This document shows positions 41,911-49,571 of a DNA stretch of 64,000 bases, piece by piece. The DNA lies in contig CAWCNY010000003.1 in NCBI GenBank assembly GCA_963797095.1, forward strand, positions 576,001-640,000, in the 5' to 3' direction. Every line of letters begins with the position of its first letter. Within the stretch, counting starts at the first letter, position 1. The notes below the pieces were generated by a model. It saw only the letters and a program-made list of their open reading frames with translations. It did no database searches and was not told where the DNA came from. The position numbers and the translations under genes were made by a program. The stretch comes from an uncultured Chloroflexia bacterium (GTDB lineage Bacteria; Chloroflexota; Chloroflexia; QHBQ01; JADMIH01).

Positions 41911-42814
41911 GGTTGGCGGCTCCCTCTCGATAGAAGCTGAGGAAAATCTCTTCCAGGCTTGGCTCGTAGGTGACGATGTTCACCACGGTGTGCTGCGCCA
42001 CCGCCTTGATAAGCGCGTCCAGGTTCCCCTTCACTGCCACGTGCAATACAGCTCCGGCAGCGTGGGCTTCTACCACCCCCGGCATAGCTGCGAACGGCTC
42101 GACCGCCACCGACTTATCAAACATGATGTCTATCCGGCGCACTGCCTTCTCTTTGAAGCCCGCCACCGTCTCCACCGTCACTATCTCCCCTTCGCGAATT
42201 ATCGCCACCCGATCGCACAGCCTCTCCACTTCGGGCAATACGTGCGACGAGAAGAAGATCGTCCTCCCCTCCGCCTTTACTTCTTCGAGCAATTCGTACA
42301 ACGACTGCTGCACCAGCGGGTCAAGGCCGCTGGTTGGCTCGTCAAGTATCAACAGTTCGGGCTTGTGCATCATAGCCTGTACCAGCCCGATCTTCTGCTT
42401 GTTACCTCGCGAATATGCCTTCATTGGACGGCGTAAATCGATATCCAGCCGCTTCGCCAATCGAGCAATCTCAACTGAAGATGCCCCACCACGCAAATGG
42501 TCCGAGTATTCGAGCAATTGCTGCCCGGTCAGGTCCGGATAGAGCGCCAGTTCCCCCGGCAGGTTGCCGATGCGCTTGTGGATCGCCACACTATCCCTCT
42601 GGCAATCCAGCCCGAATATATGCGCCCGCCCCGCGCTGGGGCGTATTAAGTCAAGCAGCGTGCGGATGGTGGTGGTCTTACCGGCCCCGTTCGGCCCAAG
42701 AAAACCGAAGATTTCGCCGGTCTCCACTCGCAAATCGACCCCAACGATCCCCCGCGCCTTTCCGTAACGCTTGGTCAGGCTGTGCGTTTCTATAGCCGGT
42801 ACATTTGAAGACAT
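41900..42814 (-). CDS. ABC transporter ATP-binding protein
   Basis: GPNGAGKTT, YSRGNKQK, LLILDEPTSGLDP, SSH. Confidence 0.95.
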   Translation of the reverse strand: MSSNVPAIETHSLTKRYGKARGIVGVDLRVETGEIFGFLGPNGAGKTTTIRTLLDLIRPSAGRAHIFGLDCQRDSVAIHKRIGNLPGELALYPDLTGQQLLEYSDHLRGGASSVEIARLAKRLDIDLRRPMKAYSRGNKQKIGLVQAMMHKPELLILDEPTSGLDPLVQQSLYELLEEVKAEGRTIFFSSHVLPEVERLCDRVAIIREGEIVTVETVAGFKEKAVRRIDIMFDKSVAVEPFAAMPGVVEAHAAGAVLHVAVKGNLDALIKAVAQHTVVNIVTYEPSLEEIFLSFYREGAANHVG

Positions 42815-42876
42815 AATTATTCGCCCTATTCCTCCATTCTAAAACCCAGCATAGCAAATGGAGCCTGTAAACACAA

Positions 42877-42892
42877 TATGTCGCTGGTCATA
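42877..42892. promoter_or_regulatory. Putative 7-2-7 operator for the adjacent NarL-type regulator
   Basis: TATGTCG-CT-GGTCATA imperfect palindrome upstream of the ABC/HK/RR operon. Confidence 0.35.
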
Positions 42893-43105
42893 CTAACATC
42901 CTCAACGGGTATCCACAAGTCATATTATGCAACCCCAGGATCATGACCCTCTCCCCTCAACAATAGCTAATACGGCACATACATTCAGCCGCGAATGAAG
43001 CTATGCTAATGATGTACTTCGACGACGAAGGACGAACGCAATAAGCAATACGCAATACGCAATAAGCAATCGTCACTCCTCGTCCTTCATCCCCCGGGAG
43101 CAGAT

Positions 43106-43978
43106 ATGAACATCGCAGCGGTAGACAACCAAACAACCCCCGTCACAGGCGGCAAGCTCAAGTGGCGCTTGATCTCCTTCTTCATGAGGACCATCGGTCG
43201 CACAAGCACCGGCATTGACCTGGGTTACAGGCGCGGCTTCAACTCCGGCGTGATGCTCGACAAAGTATACGAGAACCGCCCCTCAGGCAAATACGGGATC
43301 GGGGTGCTGATCGATTGGTTGTATCTGCAATCAATTGGTTGGCGAGCCATCCGCGCCCGCAAGCGCCTGCTCAAAACAATCCTCGCCGGGCAATTGGAAG
43401 AGTTAGCGAGCGCTTGGCCCTCCTCACCTCTCGTACTGGCCGATGTCGCCGCCGGCCCTGGCCGCTATCTCCTTGAGCTATGCCAGGAGCAGCGAGACGC
43501 AGGCCAGGACATCGAGCACCGGCTAACGGTCATTTGCCGCGACCTGAGCGGCGAAGCAGTGGAGCGCGGCCAAGCCCTGGCACAAGCTTACGGCCTCGCC
43601 AACTTCCACTACGAAACCGGTGATGCCGTCGATGCCGCTTCCCTCGCGACCATAACCCCGCAAGCCGACATTGTAGTGATATCCGGCCTCTACGAGCTAT
43701 TCACCGACGAAACCCCCATCAAGACCTCTCTCAGAGGGATATGTCGTATCCTCAAGGGCGGCGGCAGGCTCGTCTTCACAACCCAGGTCACCCACCCACA
43801 ACTTGACCTGATCGCAAACGTGCTGGTCAATCGCGACGGCGAGCCCTGGATAATGCGCTGCCGCTCCATCGAAGAAGTCGAGGCCTACGCCCGCGAGTCC
43901 GGTTTCCGGGTCATCAAGTCTGAAGTGGAGCCGCTTGGCCTCTTCGCCGTGACGGTCTGCGAAAAGATCGGAGGTTAG
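43106..43978 (+). CDS. YnbC-like SAM-dependent methyltransferase (stand-alone)
   Basis: GF(N)SG..LD.VY.N, IGWRAIRARK, DVAAGPGRY, VISGLYELF, HPQLDLIA.VL..R..PWIMR.RS. Confidence 0.78.
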   Translation: MNIAAVDNQTTPVTGGKLKWRLISFFMRTIGRTSTGIDLGYRRGFNSGVMLDKVYENRPSGKYGIGVLIDWLYLQSIGWRAIRARKRLLKTILAGQLEELASAWPSSPLVLADVAAGPGRYLLELCQEQRDAGQDIEHRLTVICRDLSGEAVERGQALAQAYGLANFHYETGDAVDAASLATITPQADIVVISGLYELFTDETPIKTSLRGICRILKGGGRLVFTTQVTHPQLDLIANVLVNRDGEPWIMRCRSIEEVEAYARESGFRVIKSEVEPLGLFAVTVCEKIGG

Positions 43979-43983
43979 TTGCC

Positions 43984-44769
43984 GTGACCGCTTCCAGAAT
44001 GCTCCTTCATGGGGTCGCCACTCCAAAGACCGCCCTGGCGAATAGCCAGGACCTCCCACAGTGGCCGCGCTCCAACATGGCCTGCACAGTACGCGCTCTA
44101 TTGCAAGCCCCCGCCTTCGCCGCCCTTGGTCTGCTTGCCCCGGCCCGCGTGTCCGGCCTCGAAATGCTTGGGGAGATAGAGGGTCCGGTCCTTTTCGCGG
44201 CCAACCACACCAGCCACCTCGATACGCCCGTGCTCCTCAAGGCGCTGCCGCCCCACCTCCGGCGCAGGGTGGCCGTGGCCGCAGCCGCCGATTACTTCTT
44301 CTCGCAGCCCATCCTCGGCGCGGCGGTCGCCCTCGGCCTCAACGCCTTTCCCTTCGAGCGTGCCTCCTGCGCGGGCATGCGCTCTTCGTTGCTCCACTGC
44401 ACCGGTCTGGTAGACAACGGCTGGTCCATACTCGTCTATCCTGAGGGCACGCGCAACACCGGAGGCGCCATGGCCCCCTTCAAGCCGGGGCTTGGCCTCC
44501 TCGCCACCTGCCTGGGCGTGCCAGTGGTCCCGGTGTACACGACCGGCCTCTTCCACATCCTGCCCAAAGGCAAAAGCCTCCCCCACCCCGGAAGAGCCTC
44601 CATCCGCTTCGGCCAACCGCTTACGTTCGCATCCACCATCAACTACCGCACAGCCGCACAATCCATAGAGCAGGCGGTCCGCTCGCTCGCTGATTCACTC
44701 GCTGATATTGAACCCCTCCGCGATGTTCACCTTTCAGCCACCAGAAAGGAGCTACTCAATGCGCCCTAG
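43984..44769 (+). CDS. Lysophospholipid acyltransferase (PlsC-like)
   Basis: ANHTSHLD, AAADYF, YPEGTR, VPVVPV. Confidence 0.9.
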   Translation: MTASRMLLHGVATPKTALANSQDLPQWPRSNMACTVRALLQAPAFAALGLLAPARVSGLEMLGEIEGPVLFAANHTSHLDTPVLLKALPPHLRRRVAVAAAADYFFSQPILGAAVALGLNAFPFERASCAGMRSSLLHCTGLVDNGWSILVYPEGTRNTGGAMAPFKPGLGLLATCLGVPVVPVYTTGLFHILPKGKSLPHPGRASIRFGQPLTFASTINYRTAAQSIEQAVRSLADSLADIEPLRDVHLSATRKELLNAP

Positions 44770-45433
44770 AGCGACAGCAAGAAGCGCCACTGCGCACAAT
44801 CAGGGCTCTGTGACCACAACAGGCGCTGGCATCTACAGCCTCAAACCCCGCTTCCAGCAGGCCCTCGGCTCCATCGAGCGCGGCCTGGTGCGCAAGCGTG
44901 TGCATCCCGATTACCTCACGCTCGGCGCTCTGGCCCTCTCCTTCATCGGGGGCGTCGCCCTCCTGACAAGCGGATTTGTCCCCTGGCTGCTGTTGCTCAT
45001 ACCCTTCGTCGCACTCGCCCGCACGGCCCTCAACGCTCTCGATGGATTGGTAGCGCGGGGCACCGGCCTCGCTCGTCCCTGGGGCGAGGTGCTCAACGAG
45101 CTATGCGACCGCCTATCAGATATATTCCTGTTTGCCGGTGTGGGCCTCGCCCACGGGTCGAGCGCCACCTTGACCGCCTGCGTGCTGGTGGCGATGCTCC
45201 TTTCCAGCTATGTCGGCGTGCTCTCCAAAGCAGCAGGCGGCAAAAGGCAATATGGCGGCCTCATGGGCAAAGCCGACCGCATGATCTACCTCGGCATCGC
45301 CGCCCCTCTGGCATTCTTCCTGCCAACGCTACCTATATTCACGTTCTTCCTGGCCGTGTGCCTCGCGGGCTTGCTGGTCACCCTCGCCCAACGACTAAAG
45401 GCCACCTACAATGATCTCAAACCCCTTAGCTAG
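44759..45433 (+). CDS. CDP-alcohol phosphatidyltransferase (YnbA-like)
   Basis: IYSLKPRFQ, NALDGLVAR...GEVLNELCDRLSD, GLMGKADR. Confidence 0.9.
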   Translation: MRPRATARSATAHNQGSVTTTGAGIYSLKPRFQQALGSIERGLVRKRVHPDYLTLGALALSFIGGVALLTSGFVPWLLLLIPFVALARTALNALDGLVARGTGLARPWGEVLNELCDRLSDIFLFAGVGLAHGSSATLTACVLVAMLLSSYVGVLSKAAGGKRQYGGLMGKADRMIYLGIAAPLAFFLPTLPIFTFFLAVCLAGLLVTLAQRLKATYNDLKPLS

Positions 45434-46337
45434 CCCCCTGTTCGCGCCCCTGGCATCACTGGTAGTGAGCCTACTGGGCGGCACATTCGCGCTGCTGCTG
45501 GCTATCAGCCGCTTCAACCTCCAACGGCTGAGGGCAAGCGTTCTCTTCAAGAGGTGGTGTGTCTGGACAATCGTGGCTCTCCTCTACGGCCTCTCTGTGT
45601 TGTCCGGGCCTGCCGGCGCGCTGTTGTTATCGGCTTTTCTCACCTGGCAGGCTCTGCGCGAATACTCGCAACTGACAGCACTACCCGAGAGCTATTCCAA
45701 AATCCTCCTCGCAGCCGGTCTGCTGGCGGCCCCCACAGCATTCCTGTCTCGCGAAGTGTTCTATCTTCTTCCCGGCCTCCTGCTCATGGCAGGCACTTCG
45801 CTACCCCTCTTCCTCGGCAAATCCGCACAAGGACAGGGTATCAGGCACCTGGCCCTGGCCGCCCTGGGCTGGGGCTATATCGCCTGGCTCCTGGCCCACC
45901 TGGTACTTCTCTCCAACTATAGTATGCGAGGGAACGCGCTCCTGCTGGTCGTAGGGTTGGGCACCGCCCTGAGCGATGTAGGCGCATTCACAGTGGGCAA
46001 GCTGTTCGGCAAGCACAAACTAGCCCCACGTCTAAGCCCCAACAAGACCTGGGAAGGCGTCGCGGGCAACCTGCTGGGCGCGACTATAGGCACAGGTCTT
46101 CTCTCCATCGCGCTGCCCAACGCCCTCACGACCGCTCAGATTGCCTGTTTGCCTATCCTGATAACCATTGGCTCGGTCTGGGGCGACCTCTTCGAGTCGG
46201 CCATCAAGCGCGAATTCGGAGCAAAGGACGCGGGCACGTGGCTCCCGGGCTTCGGCGGCCTGCTGGACCGTATAGACAGCCTGATCATAGTAGCGCCCCT
46301 GGTCTACTACGCCGCTACAGTAGCCAGTAGTTGGTAG
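45411..46337 (+). CDS. Phosphatidate cytidylyltransferase (CdsA/YnbB-like)
   Basis: [54 protein letters not shown]. Confidence 0.92.
   Translation: MISNPLASPLFAPLASLVVSLLGGTFALLLAISRFNLQRLRASVLFKRWCVWTIVALLYGLSVLSGPAGALLLSAFLTWQALREYSQLTALPESYSKILLAAGLLAAPTAFLSREVFYLLPGLLLMAGTSLPLFLGKSAQGQGIRHLALAALGWGYIAWLLAHLVLLSNYSMRGNALLLVVGLGTALSDVGAFTVGKLFGKHKLAPRLSPNKTWEGVAGNLLGATIGTGLLSIALPNALTTAQIACLPILITIGSVWGDLFESAIKREFGAKDAGTWLPGFGGLLDRIDSLIIVAPLVYYAATVASSW
46086..46330 (+). repeat. 245-bp direct repeat, copy 1 (3' end of the cytidylyltransferase gene)
   Basis: Matches 47452-47696 with one mismatch. Confidence 0.92.
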
Positions 46338-46339
46338 TG

Positions 46340-46401
46340 GTCACTCGTCACTCGTCACTCGTCACTCGTCACTCGTCACTCGTCACTCGTCACTCGTCAC
46401 T
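46340..46401. repeat. Heptamer microsatellite (GTCACTC) x ~9
   Basis: Perfect tandem array 2 bp after the stop codon. Confidence 0.95.
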
Positions 46402-46681
46402 GGATAAGATGCACAATAACAGAACTTTACTTCAACATGCCCAAGTGAGGCATGTTCGCGGGAAACGGCCGGCGCAAGCAGGATGGTCGCACGGTGCCGC
46501 AAGCGAAACGAAGCCCCTCCCCTCTTGACCTGCCTAGAGGACTACACGTATAATCAGGCCAGGTTGCGCCGTCCTTATCCGCGGATTTCATTTCGCGGCG
46601 CTGGTTAATACGGCCAAGAAGGATTGTTTGCTCTCATCTATTCGCCCGCGTGTCTACTGCGGAGCGACCGAGGTTTCTGCT

Positions 46682-47386
46682 ATGGAACTCGCACCGGGGA
46701 TTCACGTCATTGGTAATAAGAAGGGCGGGTACGTCCGGGCTTTTCTCCTGGACGACGGCACCGACCTTATCCTCATAGATACGCTCTTCGAGAAGGATGG
46801 CCGGCTGATCCTTGAGCAGCTTGCGCGCATGGGCCGCACCATCAAGGACCTGAAGCATATCATCCTGACGCATGGCCACCGTTCCCACCTTGGAGGCATG
46901 GCGATCCTCAGACAAATGAGTGGCGCACTTGTCTACACCCACGAATGGGAAGCCGACATTATCAGCGGTGATCGTAAAGCGCAAAATGTCACCTTGCGCC
47001 CGATGAAGCCTTACAAGACGTACCCCTATCAGCTTGGGCTGGCCCTGGGTCTGGGAAATCACCCTCCATGTGAGGTTGACCGCTGTCTGAAGAACGGCGA
47101 CAGCATCGGCCCGGTGCAGGTAATGCACACCCCTGGGCACTCGCCGGGTCATTTGGCCTTCTATTGGCCCGAGAAGCGGGTTCTCCTCACGGGCGACGCC
47201 GTCTGCACCTGGCCTGATTTCAGAACGGGGTGGCCTTCCTTTACCCTGAATTGGAAGCAGCATAGGGATTCGATACGGCGTATGGCCGAGGTCGAGGTGG
47301 ACGCCATAGGGGTTGGGCATGGTGATCCCATCACCAGAAATGCACAACGACGCATGCGCGCCCTGGTCACCGCGACCAAAGACTGA
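46682..47386 (+). CDS. Metallo-beta-lactamase-fold hydrolase
   Basis: [31 protein letters not shown]. Likely start MELAPG after GAGG. Confidence 0.88.
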   Translation: MELAPGIHVIGNKKGGYVRAFLLDDGTDLILIDTLFEKDGRLILEQLARMGRTIKDLKHIILTHGHRSHLGGMAILRQMSGALVYTHEWEADIISGDRKAQNVTLRPMKPYKTYPYQLGLALGLGNHPPCEVDRCLKNGDSIGPVQVMHTPGHSPGHLAFYWPEKRVLLTGDAVCTWPDFRTGWPSFTLNWKQHRDSIRRMAEVEVDAIGVGHGDPITRNAQRRMRALVTATKD

Positions 47387-47451
47387 GCAGGTCCCCGTTT
47401 GAAAGCCGAGGTCATGACGGCCAGCACCCGTGCCGATATCCGGGAGCAACC

Positions 47452-47696
47452 ATAGGCACAGGTCTCCTCTCCATCGCGCTGCCCAACGCCCTCACGACCG
47501 CTCAGATTGCCTGTTTGCCTATCCTGATAACCATTGGCTCGGTCTGGGGCGACCTCTTCGAGTCGGCCATCAAGCGCGAATTCGGAGCAAAGGACGCGGG
47601 CACGTGGCTCCCGGGCTTCGGCGGCCTGCTGGACCGTATAGACAGCCTGATCATAGTAGCGCCCCTGGTCTACTACGCCGCTACAGTAGCCAGTAG
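47452..47696 (+). repeat. 245-bp direct repeat, copy 2 (orphan fragment of the cytidylyltransferase gene)
   Basis: Matches 46086-46330; no 5' part of the gene upstream. Confidence 0.92.
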
Positions 47697-47804
47697 CCAG
47701 AACCTGGTGAGAGATGTGCTATGAAATCTATACAAATCGAAAGATATGGAGTTCGCACTATTCTTATTATGTTAATGAACTCTTCTTATAATCGCTAACA
47801 GGGC

Positions 47805-48371
47805 TTGGTCGGTCTAAGTCGCCGTACAAGATCTCGGCGATTACGGAGGTCCGATTGCAGCATCAGGGATAGAGCGTGCTGTCTGAAAGTCAATGTTGGA
47901 CACTTGCAACAACGGCGTTGGATCTTGATTAACCTGTGCAATTGCCCAGCCGACACCGGAATCAACGAAGAACAATTGAGCCGAATAATCAATGGGCTGA
48001 TCCAAGTTCAGTTGGGCGGCAATAATGCAACAGGCATATGCTTGCTGGTTGATAGAGCTGCCCGGCACACCTGCTACTTCTACTTGCTTAGCTCCAGCCG
48101 GGATCCTTGGTGGTCGCAGCTCAGTCTGGGCGTCTGCTTATTGGCAGACAGCATACGAACAGCTATAGAAGTAGGTTACCGCACTTTCGACTTGTTGAGA
48201 GGAGATCATGATTACATAGAGCGTTTCGGTGGAAAGACAAATAAGAACCCCAGGGCAACTATTTACAGCTACGGTTGGCTGCCACAAGCACACACCCTGT
48301 TCACAACACTACGCACAAAGCTCAGAACTCGCACCCTCACCCGATTCGCAGCCAGTGCAGCCTCAGAGTGA
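47805..48371 (+). pseudogene. Degenerate CelD/BcsL-like GNAT acyltransferase fragment
   Basis: Only the C-terminal motif SLGVCLLADSIRTAIEVGYRTFDLLRGDHDY.ERFG is recognisable; no credible start. Confidence 0.55.
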
Positions 48372-48433
48372 GCATGCCTGGATCTGATATCGACTTAATC
48401 AAGCTATCACCAAATCACAAAAGGAACAGACAA

Positions 48434-48679
48434 ATGCGGACAATCATCCCATTGACTGAAAAAGTGCGAGAGATCATGGCCGAGACGTTCGATGTTGACG
48501 AAAGAGACATCCCGGAGAACGTCCACCAGCATAACTATCCACCCTGGAGTTCACTTGAGCAACTGACGTTGCTTGTCGCCCTGGAGGAGCACTTTGGCCT
48601 CAGGTTCACCATCGGCGATATGGCCGCCATGAACTCGCTACCGGCCATTGTTGCCGTACTCGAAAAGTATGGTGCGTAG
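48434..48679 (+). CDS. Acyl carrier protein
   Basis: EKVREIMAETF..PPWSSLEQLTLLVALEEHFGLRF, resembling FkbH-associated WDSL-type ACPs. Confidence 0.8.
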   Translation: MRTIIPLTEKVREIMAETFDVDERDIPENVHQHNYPPWSSLEQLTLLVALEEHFGLRFTIGDMAAMNSLPAIVAVLEKYGA

Positions 48680-48919
48680 ACTTGATCCCTGGGCAAGTCG
48701 GAACCCACACCAAGAGTCTCACAAGCTGAATAAATTATGCTCGATGACCCCTCTATATCCCGAAGGTGCTGCACATGCTCCGGGTGCGAAGGGGCAAACG
48801 GTTCAATGAGAGTTATCAGGCCGCAAGGTCTGATCACATTGAAGTTAATAGTGTTGCAAAGATTGCCAGCTACAATAGCAATGTCCAGCATCACAACCTA
48901 AGCTGATGTAAGGAATCGT

Positions 48920-49567
48920 GTGCCTAAGAAGATACTAACTAAACCCCGCCGAGAAGCACGCCAATTGTCAGACAGTATTGCAGCGAATAGATCGCGAAGC
49001 GTTCCGACGAAACTGGCTTACTATCTGAGCGACCTTCTGCAAAACATACATCTGAAGTACAGGCTGGTGAACCTAATATGTGGCATCCTACCTGATGGGG
49101 CCAGTGGATTGATTCGCACATGGCTCTACCGCAAGATTGGCCTCGATATCGCATCCGGGGCCTTTATCATGAGCAATTTGCGCCTGCTAAGCGGGCTTGC
49201 GGGCTTTTATGACAAGCTCCATGTCGGCCCAGGAGCGATCACAGGCTCCGGGATCACGATCAACTTGGATTCCGACGTCATTCTGGGCAAGGATGTTTCT
49301 ATCGGTCCGGAAGTGATCATCTACACTGGAACTCACCCGATCGGGCCTGGCTCACAGCGACGGCTGCCCGACATTATGGCTAAACCAGTAAACATAGAGG
49401 GCGGATGCTGGGTTGGGCTGGCAGCAGTGATCCTGCCAGGCGTGACGATAGGGCATGGTAGCGTAGTGGCAGCGGGTGCTGTAGTAACCCAGGATGTGCC
49501 GCCCAACACCTATGTTGAGGGCAATCCCGCTAAAGTAGTCAAAGATCTGCCATGGGGAGATCGATAA
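48920..49567 (+). CDS. Hexapeptide-repeat (LbH) O-acyltransferase
   Basis: IGPEVIIYTGTH, CWVGLAAVILPGVTIGHGSVVAAGAVVTQDVP..GNPAKV. Confidence 0.88.
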   Translation: MPKKILTKPRREARQLSDSIAANRSRSVPTKLAYYLSDLLQNIHLKYRLVNLICGILPDGASGLIRTWLYRKIGLDIASGAFIMSNLRLLSGLAGFYDKLHVGPGAITGSGITINLDSDVILGKDVSIGPEVIIYTGTHPIGPGSQRRLPDIMAKPVNIEGGCWVGLAAVILPGVTIGHGSVVAAGAVVTQDVPPNTYVEGNPAKVVKDLPWGDR

Positions 49568-49571
49568 TTCA

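Noticed and set aside
46331-46528. ORF with TRHSSLV repeats
   Set aside because: It is simply a translation of the GTCACTC microsatellite.
46086-47696. 245-bp repeat pair as a DGR template/variable repeat
   Set aside because: Only one mismatch (T/C, synonymous), no pattern of adenine-specific variation, and no reverse transcriptase in the window.
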